The position numbers and the translations under genes are program-made. Positions 46,113 to 54,879 of a stretch of DNA of 56,618 bases are shown here, piece after piece. Source of the stretch: a virus (Duplodnaviria > Caudoviricetes); IMG/VR virus record IMGVR_UViG_3300043353_000072, positions 1 through 56,618 of that record. One strand, given 5' to 3'. Under the pieces are notes generated by a model. The model was not told the DNA's origin. It saw nothing but the letters and a program-made list of their open reading frames with translations, and did no database searches. Positions within the stretch are counted from its first letter, which is position 1; each line of letters begins with the position of its first letter.

Positions 46113-47516
46113 TCAGTGGCTCCCTGCTGGTGGTTGGTAGACCGTGCGGTGCTTCATCACCTCGCGGGAGAACCCGGGTGTGATGCCTGACGCCGCCGCG
46201 GTGGCCTCGGCGTTGGTGTCCACGGGCAGCGTCACGTTGGCGTCCGCCGCCCGGGTCTTGCGCGACTGCAGTTCGGTCCTGATCTGGTCCAGCGTCAGGC
46301 TCGACGCGATCATTTCCTTGGCGGTGGTCAGGCTGGCGCCGGCGAGCTCGCACGCCGCGAGGATCTCGGTGTCCATGCGCTGGCGGGCGCCGGTGACGGC
46401 CGCGACGTCCAGGTGGACCACGTTGCCCCCGGGGAGCGGGACGGCGGCGGCGTGGGCAGCCTGGGCGGGCTGCGCCGGCGGGTCCGGCTGCGGCTGCGGC
46501 GCGGGTGGCGCCGGCGGGTTGGGGTTCGCCGGCGGGTCCGGCTGCGGCTGCGGGTTGGGGTTCGGGTCCGACTGCAGGCGGACGGGTGCCGCCGGTGTGT
46601 GCTCGCTCATGCGTGGTGCTCCCATGCTGGAAGGATTGACGGCCTCGGCCAGCGCGCCGCGGGCGTCCGCCGGCGTGCCCAGTTCATCCGCGAGGCCGGC
46701 GGCCAGCGCGTTCGGTCCGTAGAAACAGCCGGCCTCGGTGTCGCGGACGGCCGCCGCCGTGATGCCGCGGTGGCCGGCGATGCCCTCGCACATCATCCCG
46801 TACAGCCGGTCCACCTCGGCCTGCGCCAGCCCGTGCGCTTCTTCCGAAAGCGGCTGGTGCGGGTTGAGGTCGACCTTGCGGGCGCCGGCGTGGATGTAGG
46901 TGAAACGCAGGCCTTCGGCGGCGTCCCGTTCGCTGCGGTCCGCGTGCAGCGCCATGACGCCGATGGAGCCCGCGCCGCCGGTATTGGTGACCCAAACCCG
47001 GGAAGCGGCGGAGGCGATGACGTAGGCGGCGGAAAAGGCGTCGTCGTTGGCGATGGCCCAGATTGTCTTGACGGCGCCGGCGGCGCGTATCTCGCGCGAC
47101 AGGTCAAGCACCGCGCCGGCCTCGCCCCCAGGGGAGTCCACGTCCAGCAGCACCGCCCGCACCTGCGGATCGTTCAGCGCGAAGGTGAGGCTGGCCTTGA
47201 TGCGGTCATAGCTTTGCAGCGGGGTGCTGTCCGGCGTCATTTGGCCGGGCTTGCGCACGAGCACGCCTTGCACGGGAAGGATGGCGACGCCGCCGCGGGC
47301 GACCTGATAGCCTGGGTTGCGTGGCGGGGGAGCCCCGCCCTCCGTCTCCATGCGCGCGGTGGCGCGTGCGAGCCGGTCCGGGTTGTGGCTTCCCCGTCGC
47401 GCTATGATGCCCGGCAGGCCTGGGAGCATGGCTTCCAGCTTCGCCGGCGCGATCATCAGCGGCGTGTTGAACACCCGCGCCATGAGGTGCGGTAGCAGCC
47501 TGGGCATCTCGTTCAT
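46113..47516 (-). CDS. S49 prohead protease with probable nested scaffold (from about 46610)
   Basis: DVDSPGG, SAAY.IASA, GSIGV; P/Q-rich C-terminus after an internal GGAG-ATG. Confidence 0.9.
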   Translation of the reverse strand: MNEMPRLLPHLMARVFNTPLMIAPAKLEAMLPGLPGIIARRGSHNPDRLARATARMETEGGAPPPRNPGYQVARGGVAILPVQGVLVRKPGQMTPDSTPLQSYDRIKASLTFALNDPQVRAVLLDVDSPGGEAGAVLDLSREIRAAGAVKTIWAIANDDAFSAAYVIASAASRVWVTNTGGAGSIGVMALHADRSERDAAEGLRFTYIHAGARKVDLNPHQPLSEEAHGLAQAEVDRLYGMMCEGIAGHRGITAAAVRDTEAGCFYGPNALAAGLADELGTPADARGALAEAVNPSSMGAPRMSEHTPAAPVRLQSDPNPNPQPQPDPPANPNPPAPPAPQPQPDPPAQPAQAAHAAAVPLPGGNVVHLDVAAVTGARQRMDTEILAACELAGASLTTAKEMIASSLTLDQIRTELQSRKTRAADANVTLPVDTNAEATAAASGITPGFSREVMKHRTVYQPPAGSH

Positions 47517-49240
47517 GCGGCCTGCCCCTGATTTTGGTCCGGGTTGTTCGCGTCCGGCGCCGCGTTCGGGTCGGCGTTCGGGTCCGCGTTGGGATCGACG
47601 GTTTCGGCCGGTGCGCCGGCCACCTTGGTGTTCGGCGTGAAGGACAGGCCCAGGCGTTTCTCCCGGGCACGGTCGGCGGCGATGCGCGCGTCCGTTTCCT
47701 CCGGGTCATAGCCCTCCGCCTCGATGACGTCGCTCCGTGCCTTGAACCCGTTCTGCACCGCCAGCGCCTCGGCCTGCCGGTCCTTGAGCGGATCGACCCA
47801 GGGCATGCGCGGAGTGATCGCCTTGAAGGCGCGATAGGTGGCCTTGTCCGCCACATACTCCGCCGCGGTAATGGGCAGGACGCCGGCGAGCACGGCCGCG
47901 TCCATCCAGGCGTTCCAGACGCCGCGAAGCAACTGGTAGACCAGGACCGCATGCTGGAAGGCCTCCACCTCGGTGCGGAAGGAGAGGATGCCGGCGCGTG
48001 ACGAGGCGTAGCTGGCCTTGGTCTGGTCCCCGGTCATTTCGTTGTAGGGGACGCCCAGGGCGGCGGCGATTTGCAGCAGGGTGCGGAACTGGAACGGTTC
48101 ATAATTGCCGCCCACGTCCGCCGGGTCCGAAAACTTGATGTCGGTGCCGTCATCCAGTTCCAGGAAGGCGCCCGGGCCGTAGTACGGCAGACCGCCGTAG
48201 CTGGGCACCACGGTGCCGCCGTCGACGGGCTCCCCCTCGGTGGTCTGCCCGGGCAGCGGCGTGAGGTTCTCCGGCGGTGGCCGCGTGACGAAGGCCGCGA
48301 AACGGGCCGCCTGCTTCTTTCGTTCCAGTTCCGCGTCGTCGTAAATGTCCATCTGGAACAGCTTGACGATGGCGGCGGCCATGCCGGTGAGGCCTCGGAT
48401 TTGCCCGCCCTCCACCGGATCGAAAACGTGGATGATTTCGGCCGCCGGGATGCGGGACAGCCGGCCGGCGTTCAGCGCCTGCGTCCAGGTCAGCGTCGCG
48501 TCCGCCGTGTTGGTCGAGTAGAACCAGTACGCCACCCGCTTGCCGATGGGGCTGAATTCGATGCCCAGGCGGATGGTGTTGCCGTTGGGCAGAACCTCTT
48601 GCTTCCACAACGGCAGTTGCTCCGTGGGGAGCATCTGCAACTGGATCGGCACGGAGAGCCCGTCCGAGGCCAGCCTGGGCCGCAGGCGGATGAACACCTC
48701 GCCGGCCAGGAAGGCCTCCCGGGAGGCGCGCCGCAACTGGCCGTAGAAATCCGTGATCCCCTCGGCGTCGGACTCGTCGGTCCAGGTCAGCCACGCCTTG
48801 GACACGGCGGCCTTGAGCGCCGGGTCCTCGATCAGCGGCGAGGGTTTGATGCCGGCGCCGACGGTGGCGGCGGACCACGCCCGCATGCCCTGCTTCGCAT
48901 AGCCGTTGTTCCGCACCAGCCAGCGCGCCCGCGCCACGGTGGTCAGCCCGGCGTTGCGGATCAGGTTGTTAACGTGATCCTGGGCGGTGTTGATCGAGGC
49001 CATGCGCCCCCGCCTGGACCCGCCCTCAAGTCCCGGCTGGGCGTTGGCCCATATGGCCGTGGGACCGGCGAGCGCGCCGGCGGCCGGGTCGCCTCCGAAA
49101 CCGGACATTCGCGGTTCCAGGCGTGGCGCGCTGGCGACCCGGCCAGGCTGGCGTCCGGGGAGGAAATTTGACCAGAACGCCAACGTCAGAGTCCCTTGAC
49201 CTGCGGGACGGTGTAGAGGCGCGCGGGTCCGCGTGGCCAC
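47513..49240 (-). CDS. lambda-family portal protein (start uncertain)
   Basis: RARWLVRNN, GQIRG, SYASSRAG, WVDPLKD. Confidence 0.92.
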   Translation of the reverse strand: MATRTRAPLHRPAGQGTLTLAFWSNFLPGRQPGRVASAPRLEPRMSGFGGDPAAGALAGPTAIWANAQPGLEGGSRRGRMASINTAQDHVNNLIRNAGLTTVARARWLVRNNGYAKQGMRAWSAATVGAGIKPSPLIEDPALKAAVSKAWLTWTDESDAEGITDFYGQLRRASREAFLAGEVFIRLRPRLASDGLSVPIQLQMLPTEQLPLWKQEVLPNGNTIRLGIEFSPIGKRVAYWFYSTNTADATLTWTQALNAGRLSRIPAAEIIHVFDPVEGGQIRGLTGMAAAIVKLFQMDIYDDAELERKKQAARFAAFVTRPPPENLTPLPGQTTEGEPVDGGTVVPSYGGLPYYGPGAFLELDDGTDIKFSDPADVGGNYEPFQFRTLLQIAAALGVPYNEMTGDQTKASYASSRAGILSFRTEVEAFQHAVLVYQLLRGVWNAWMDAAVLAGVLPITAAEYVADKATYRAFKAITPRMPWVDPLKDRQAEALAVQNGFKARSDVIEAEGYDPEETDARIAADRAREKRLGLSFTPNTKVAGAPAETVDPNADPNADPNAAPDANNPDQNQGQAA

Positions 49241-49488
49241 GCGCCGGTGGTGCAGTAGGCCACCTCGGCCTCAAGCCCCTTGATGGCCCGGACGAGGTCC
49301 GTCTGGTCGCGGTAAGTGACGGAGCGGCCCCGGTCGCCCACGGCCTGCACGCCGCCATAGAGGCGCGCCCGCAGGTCCGCGATCTGTTTCAGTTTGTCGG
49401 CCATGCCCTCCGGCGAACAGTCGAGATAGCCGGTCCCGGTGGATACCCAACCGGGCGGCAGGACGGGCAACTGAGCGGGTCCGGACAT
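49186..49488 (-). CDS. gpW-like head completion protein
   Basis: GVQAV...GRSVTYR...DL..AI..LEAE. Confidence 0.75.
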   Translation of the reverse strand: MSGPAQLPVLPPGWVSTGTGYLDCSPEGMADKLKQIADLRARLYGGVQAVGDRGRSVTYRDQTDLVRAIKGLEAEVAYCTTGAWPRGPARLYTVPQVKGL

Positions 49489-50066
49489 CAGTGGTGCACC
49501 GTCTTCGTCTTGGTGTGCTGGGAGCGCCGCACGGCCGACTGCAGTTGGCGCGCGAGGTTGCGGGGGAGCTGCTCGCGCAGCCGCGCCTCGATGCCCGTCC
49601 GCACGTCCGGCGTGAGGAAGGTCCCGTAAACCGTTGGCCCCCAGAGTTGCTGGATCGGCAGGCGGCCGGCGCCGGGCAGCCGGCGGTAGATGCCCCGGTG
49701 TCCGCTTTTCATGGTGGCGGCGAAGGCGGATTTGAGCACCTGGGCCTTGCCCCACGCCTTGGTCTGGATGCCCTCCCGCGTCTGGGTGAACGGGAAGGCG
49801 GCCAGCGGGACCGGCCGGCGCGAACAGCGGATGCGCGTCACGTAGGTGCCCACGGCCACGAAATCAGTGTGGATGAACTCCCGCACCACGCGGGACGGGA
49901 CCGACATGTGTTTGGCGATCATGCCGGTGGCCCGCACCTTGCCGTTGTTCGCCGTCTGCCGCAGCGCCACCGCTATCGCCTGGTCCGCCTTCGGCGGCTT
50001 GAGCGCGGCGATGGTGCCCAGGAAGTCCTCCGTCCTGAACTCCACGGTAATCATGGGAGCGGCCAT
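49488..50066 (-). CDS. gpZ-like minor tail/completion protein
   Basis: AFAATMKSGH.GIYRR...RLPI..L.GP.V. Confidence 0.7.
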   Translation of the reverse strand: MAAPMITVEFRTEDFLGTIAALKPPKADQAIAVALRQTANNGKVRATGMIAKHMSVPSRVVREFIHTDFVAVGTYVTRIRCSRRPVPLAAFPFTQTREGIQTKAWGKAQVLKSAFAATMKSGHRGIYRRLPGAGRLPIQQLWGPTVYGTFLTPDVRTGIEARLREQLPRNLARQLQSAVRRSQHTKTKTVHH

Positions 50067-50076
50067 GGCGAGACGC

Positions 50077-50736
50077 TCAGCCGCGCCGGCGTTTCCAACC
50101 GAGCCCCAGCAGGCCCGCGCCGAGGACCGCCATCGAGGTGGGTTCCGGGATATTGGCGGAGGCGTCCCCGGCCACGGAGGCGTTGAAATCCTGGATGGTC
50201 AGCCCCGAGGTGGTGCCCAGGGCGGCCACCACGTCCACCGCCGGCGCCACGTTGGTCAGCGCGAAGGACAGGGAGCGCGGCAGGTCCAGGGCCGTGATCA
50301 CGTCACTGTTGAACGTGGTGGACGGCGCGAACACGGCGATGGCGGTGGCGCCCTGGGCGGTCAGCGCCCCGTCGTTGAACGTGCCGGACAGGAAATTGAT
50401 GCCGGAGTTGTCCGCCAGCCGGTTGATGCTGAACGAGCCCGTGAAGTGCTCCACGATCAGGTTGGGCGGACCGACGATGAGGGTGGCGCCCGCCGCGGTG
50501 GAGGTCGCCGTCACGTCCAGGAAGGCCGCGATGGGCGTGGGGTTGATGGCGTCGATCTGGGTAATGGTGACGGGGATGTCCAGGCCGCCCCAGGTGGTGC
50601 CGCCGGCGTTGGCGGTGCCGCTGATGGTGTTGCCGCCGATGGCCTGGCCGAAGGCCACGATCAGGGTGGCGGAAGCGGGAATGACGGAGCCGAGCAAGGC
50701 AAGCGCGGCCAGCCCGGCGAGCAGGTGTTTACGCAT
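50077..50736 (-). CDS. PEP-CTERM sorting-domain surface protein
   Basis: Signal peptide ending ASA; Thr/Ala/Ser-rich body; IPEPTSMAVLGAGLLGLGWKRRRG. Confidence 0.9.
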   Translation of the reverse strand: MRKHLLAGLAALALLGSVIPASATLIVAFGQAIGGNTISGTANAGGTTWGGLDIPVTITQIDAINPTPIAAFLDVTATSTAAGATLIVGPPNLIVEHFTGSFSINRLADNSGINFLSGTFNDGALTAQGATAIAVFAPSTTFNSDVITALDLPRSLSFALTNVAPAVDVVAALGTTSGLTIQDFNASVAGDASANIPEPTSMAVLGAGLLGLGWKRRRG

Positions 50737-50771
50737 CGGATTTCCTTTCGGTTGAGAAAAGCGTGGGGCGG

Positions 50772-52790
50772 TTAGAGCCGTCCCAGGTTCATGAAGCGCC
50801 GGCGCAGCACCGGCCGCCGCACGGGCTGGGCCAGTACGCCCGCCTGCGGGGTGGAAGTCGTGGCCGCCGGGTTGACCGGAGGCTCCGCCGGCATCGGCGG
50901 CGGTGGTGGTTCAAGGCCCAGTTGCGTCTCAAGGTCCCGCCAGTGCACGTCGGTCCAGCGGTCCGCCCCGGCCATCCAGACGGCGGCCCGCGCGTAGACC
51001 CGCATGTCCAGGGCCTCGTTACGTGGCCGTAGCTGACGCCACTCGGTTTTGACCGCCCAGCCGCGCCGGCCGCGCACGATGACGCGCTGTTCGGCCACCA
51101 GTTGCTTGATCCACTCGTCATTGAGCGTTAGCGGCAGGTGGACGTAGCCGGCCGGGTAGCCATAGGTCGCCAGATCCGCATCGGTCGGCCGGTCCAGTTG
51201 CAGCAGCTTGTATGTCTCGCTTTTGAAAAACGAGACGCTCACGGTCCAAAGGCTCACGCCCCGCTTGATCCTCCGGCCGTTCTGCGCGACCTCCACGTAG
51301 ACCGGGCCCGACACGGGCACGGAGCGGTCGTATTGCGGGACGCCCTTGACCGCCAGCACCGTGAGCCGGGACTGCTTGCGCACCCAGGCATAGACCTGCT
51401 GGGTGAAGGCGCCGGTGTCGATCGCGAGCCGTTGCAGCACCAGACGCTTGCCCGAGGCGTGCCTCCATGTGGTCGACAACAGGTTGGTCAGGTGTTCCCA
51501 GGTGCCAGCCTCGCCCGGGTCCCCGTAAACGACCATGTGCTCCACCAGCCAGGACTCCAGCCCCCGGCCCCAGGCCCAGACGTCCAGTTCGATCCGGTCC
51601 GCCTGCACGTCCGCGCCGGCGGTCAGGAACAGCCCCCGCATCGGCACGCCACGGAACGGCCAGTCTTCCCGGCGCTCGTAGAGGCGTTGCCAGTCCGGGA
51701 CGATTTCCGCTTCTTCCTCGTACTCCTCGCCCAGCACCGTGTTGATGAAACTCTTGCGTTTCTCAACGTCGTTGATGGAGCCCTCATAGAACGCGACGAC
51801 CTCCGCCCATGACATCCAGCCGATGGGCGAATACAGCGCCGACAGGTGGTAGCCGCGCACCGAGCGGTCATTCGTTTCGGCCGTGGCGCGCCACTCCCCG
51901 CCGGCCAGCATGGCGGTCTTGTGGTGCTCCCGCATGGCGCCGTCGCAGCCCTCGCACTGATACGTGACGGTGCGCGGCTGCCCGGCCTCCCACTTCATGC
52001 GGTTGAAGTTGAGCACCTGCTTGAGACCACAATGCGGACACGGAACGAAGTAGAACCGCTTGTCCGTGGCATCGAATTCACGGGTTATGCGGGACGTGCC
52101 TTTTAGTTTCGGCGTCGATGCGAGCAGTATCTTGGACCGCACGCCGAAGGTGCGCGTGCGCGCCTCGGCCAGCGCCACCGGGTCGCCCTCGTCCTCGATG
52201 TCGCCCGGGTAGGCGTCAACCTCATCGAGCATCAGGTATCGCACTGGCATGGACCGCAGGCCGACAGCGGAGTTGGCGCCGGTGATGATCAGCACGCCGC
52301 CCACGAATTCCTTCATGAGCATGGTGTTCGTTGTGTCCCGCGAACGGTTGCGCGATACCTTGCCGCGCAACTGCGGGGAGTCGTCGATCAACGGTTGCAG
52401 CCGTTGCGTGGAAAAGCGTTTCGCGGTGTCAACGGTGGGCTGCACCATCATGACCGGCCCGGGGACCTGATCCATTATGTAGCCAATCCAGCAAACGCCC
52501 GCTTCGGAGGCGCCAATCTGCGCGCCTTTTTTGAACACCACGCGCCGCACGGGTGACAGCGCGCTCAAACTGTCCATTATTTCCTTGATGTATGGCGCGC
52601 GTGAGGTTCGATATCGACCGGCCTCCGCCGCGCCACGGGATGACAGGATGCGGTAGCGGTCCGCCCATTCCGAGACGGTCAGTTCCGGGTCCGGCGCCAG
52701 CCCCTCGTCCCAGGCCCGGGCCAGGATGTCGTCCGGGTGGAACGGTGGCGGGGTGAAAGGATACGCGGACGTGACGGATATGTCAGTCAC
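50772..52790 (-). CDS. terL: terminase large subunit, GpA family (start uncertain)
   Basis: KGAQIGASE, LRSMPVRYLMLDEVD, STP, CPHC/CEGC, GADVQ, RNEALD. Confidence 0.95.
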   Translation of the reverse strand: MTDISVTSAYPFTPPPFHPDDILARAWDEGLAPDPELTVSEWADRYRILSSRGAAEAGRYRTSRAPYIKEIMDSLSALSPVRRVVFKKGAQIGASEAGVCWIGYIMDQVPGPVMMVQPTVDTAKRFSTQRLQPLIDDSPQLRGKVSRNRSRDTTNTMLMKEFVGGVLIITGANSAVGLRSMPVRYLMLDEVDAYPGDIEDEGDPVALAEARTRTFGVRSKILLASTPKLKGTSRITREFDATDKRFYFVPCPHCGLKQVLNFNRMKWEAGQPRTVTYQCEGCDGAMREHHKTAMLAGGEWRATAETNDRSVRGYHLSALYSPIGWMSWAEVVAFYEGSINDVEKRKSFINTVLGEEYEEEAEIVPDWQRLYERREDWPFRGVPMRGLFLTAGADVQADRIELDVWAWGRGLESWLVEHMVVYGDPGEAGTWEHLTNLLSTTWRHASGKRLVLQRLAIDTGAFTQQVYAWVRKQSRLTVLAVKGVPQYDRSVPVSGPVYVEVAQNGRRIKRGVSLWTVSVSFFKSETYKLLQLDRPTDADLATYGYPAGYVHLPLTLNDEWIKQLVAEQRVIVRGRRGWAVKTEWRQLRPRNEALDMRVYARAAVWMAGADRWTDVHWRDLETQLGLEPPPPPMPAEPPVNPAATTSTPQAGVLAQPVRRPVLRRRFMNLGRL

Positions 52791-53259
52791 GGCATACGCC
52801 CGGGCGCGGGACGTGCCGCACTCCACGGTGTTCGAAGCCGTCCGCGCCGGGCTGATCCAGGCCCGGGACGGCCAGGTGAACGTGGAGGAAACCGACGCCG
52901 GCTGGTACGCCGATCATCTTGCCCGGAAGGACAGGGTGGTCAGCCTGGAAGAATTCCGGGTGCGCCAGCGCGGCGCCTCGGTGGTGGACAGCATGGCCCG
53001 GATAGCCGGGCTCAAGCGGCAGGTGGAACAGATACGCAAGACCACGGCCCTCCGCGGCGCCATAGAGCCGGCCGCGACGCGCCGTGCCAGCAGGCTCCGC
53101 GCCGCCCTCGGCGTCCTGCCCACGCTGCACGCCCTGGAAGCCCTGGAAGGCCTGCGGACCCAGCCCGACACCGCCCAGGCGGTGCTGGAACGGTTCGCCG
53201 CCCGGTTGGCGGCGGACCTGGGCGACCTGGACGTGCCCTACCGGGCGCCGGACGGATAA
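52780..53259 (+). CDS. terminase small subunit-like protein 1 (with HTH)
   Basis: MSVTAYARARDVPHSTVFEAVRAGLI...DG.V....D..W. Confidence 0.65.
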   Translation: MSVTAYARARDVPHSTVFEAVRAGLIQARDGQVNVEETDAGWYADHLARKDRVVSLEEFRVRQRGASVVDSMARIAGLKRQVEQIRKTTALRGAIEPAATRRASRLRAALGVLPTLHALEALEGLRTQPDTAQAVLERFAARLAADLGDLDVPYRAPDG

Positions 53260-53263
53260 CCCC

Positions 53264-53722
53264 ATGGCCGTCAGTCCCCAGGACGTTGCCCGCCTCCGCG
53301 CCGACGAGGCCATGCTACGCGCCCAGTACCATCGGCTGCGGGAACAGGTCCGCGCCGGGGAACTGGTGGCCCTGGAACCGTTCAACGCGCATTTGTTCCA
53401 GGAAGCCCGCCGGCTGCGGGATGCCATCCTGGCGGCCCCCGCGCGATACGCGGCGGAACTTGCCGCCGAATTCGACGTCCCGGAGTGGGACATGCTGGTG
53501 GTGCTCAACTCGGCCGCCCGCCGCCTGCTTACGTTGGCCGCCGGGTCGGGTCCGTTTCCCGGGCTCCCGGAGGCGCCAGAGCCAGCCCCGCCGGTTGCCG
53601 CTCCGGTTAAGCGGCGGAAGCGCGCCGCCGCCCAGAGCACCGCGCCGGCGCCGAGGAAGCGGCCGAAACCGAAGGCGCCCCGCAAACGGCGCCGGAAATC
53701 GCCCCGCATGGCCGCCGAGTGA
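53264..53722 (+). CDS. terminase small subunit-like protein 2 (no HTH, basic tail)
   Basis: GELV...F..ARRLRDAIL..PAR.AAELAAE; K/R-rich C-terminus. Confidence 0.65.
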   Translation: MAVSPQDVARLRADEAMLRAQYHRLREQVRAGELVALEPFNAHLFQEARRLRDAILAAPARYAAELAAEFDVPEWDMLVVLNSAARRLLTLAAGSGPFPGLPEAPEPAPPVAAPVKRRKRAAAQSTAPAPRKRPKPKAPRKRRRKSPRMAAE

Positions 53723-53774
53723 CGCCGGAGGCCGAACCAGAGCCGTGTCTGTCGGTTTTGGAATCGCTCAGCGA

Positions 53775-53831
53775 CTAGTGAAATCCCGGGCTGTCCGCCC
53801 CCGCATTGGCTCGAATCGCTCGGAAGGACCC
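53775..53831 (-). other. lambda-like cos site
   Basis: cosQ GGGTCCT, 23 nt, then GGGGCGGACAGC; same spacing as lambda GGGTCCT-N23-GGGCGGCGACCT. Confidence 0.75.
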
Positions 53832-53885
53832 GCGTGAGTTGCGAAGGCCTGAACCACAACCAATGCGTGTGCTGGCGCGAGGCCC

Positions 53886-54305
53886 TCAAACGACCTGCCC
53901 GGGCCGTCTGGCCCTGACCGGCGAGGCGCGCCGGACCGGGTGGCGGGCCATCTCGTAGGCCTCGGCCTCCGCGGCCTGCCGTGCCGTCCGAGCCATGGCC
54001 ACCATGGTCGACGCGGGCAGCCTGCCCAGCGTGGTGCCGGGCAGCAGCGTGAGGCTGTCACCGCACCGCACCAGCCACGCCATGGGACGCAGACCCAGGC
54101 TCGATACGTGCTCCGTATTGAGCCGATGGTCCGCGCGGTGGCGTGGGCTGGTTTGGGGGACAAGCGGGTGACAGAGCCCGGCCTGTGCATCCGTGACCAC
54201 GAACAGGCGTGAGCCAGCCGTGAGCACGTCTCCTGGGTGTACCGTAGGGGGGTCGCCCGCACCTGTGGCGAGCGTGACGAAATTGGTAGGGCCGGTGCGT
54301 TTCAT
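53886..54305 (-). CDS. hypothetical protein, possible PemK/MazF-like fold
   Basis: PGDV..FVV..PL...GL...VRC...LGRLP...M spacing. Confidence 0.4.
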   Translation of the reverse strand: MKRTGPTNFVTLATGAGDPPTVHPGDVLTAGSRLFVVTDAQAGLCHPLVPQTSPRHRADHRLNTEHVSSLGLRPMAWLVRCGDSLTLLPGTTLGRLPASTMVAMARTARQAAEAEAYEMARHPVRRASPVRARRPGQVV

Positions 54306-54330
54306 CCGTCAAGCCCCTTGATGCGCGTGG

Positions 54331-54879
54331 TCACGGCAGGAACGTCTCGGACTGCCGCCCCACTGGCCGGCGCGGGTTTATCTCGGACCTGATGGGCCGG
54401 TGCTGCACCAGGGAGGGGACGTGTAGCCAGTAACGTTCGCGCCTGTCCCCCAAAAAGTCCGCCACCATGAGGTCGAAGCCCGTGGGGTGCTCCACCGCGC
54501 GACGCCAGCCTGGGCGGTAGGCGTGGATGGCGGGCGCGTGGCCGGCCGGCAGGTAGAAGCATTGCGTCATGATGAACGAGCGGCCCGGCATTTCCCTGGA
54601 ACCGAGCCGCGCGTCCGACCGCTTGATGCTGAAAAACTGGATGACCTGCCCTGGGTTTTTGTCGATTTCCGCTTCCACCTTGGCGGTGAAATCCCGCGTC
54701 AGGATGATGTCGTCCTCAAGGTGCACCGTGGGATCGTTCTGGCTGGCCGTCATGGCGTAAAGGAACGTGGTCATGGCGTCGCGCGAGAAGTCCCGCATGA
54801 TTTCCAGGCCGGGAATCCCCGCCGTGAGATCCGGCAGGAAATGCTCACGCTCTCGCACCACGCGCACCAGATACCGCAT
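54331..54879 (-). CDS. GT-A glycosyltransferase (GT25-like)
   Basis: VHLEDD (DxD-type), TQCFYLP, PSLVQH. Confidence 0.7.
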   Translation of the reverse strand: MRYLVRVVREREHFLPDLTAGIPGLEIMRDFSRDAMTTFLYAMTASQNDPTVHLEDDIILTRDFTAKVEAEIDKNPGQVIQFFSIKRSDARLGSREMPGRSFIMTQCFYLPAGHAPAIHAYRPGWRRAVEHPTGFDLMVADFLGDRRERYWLHVPSLVQHRPIRSEINPRRPVGRQSETFLP

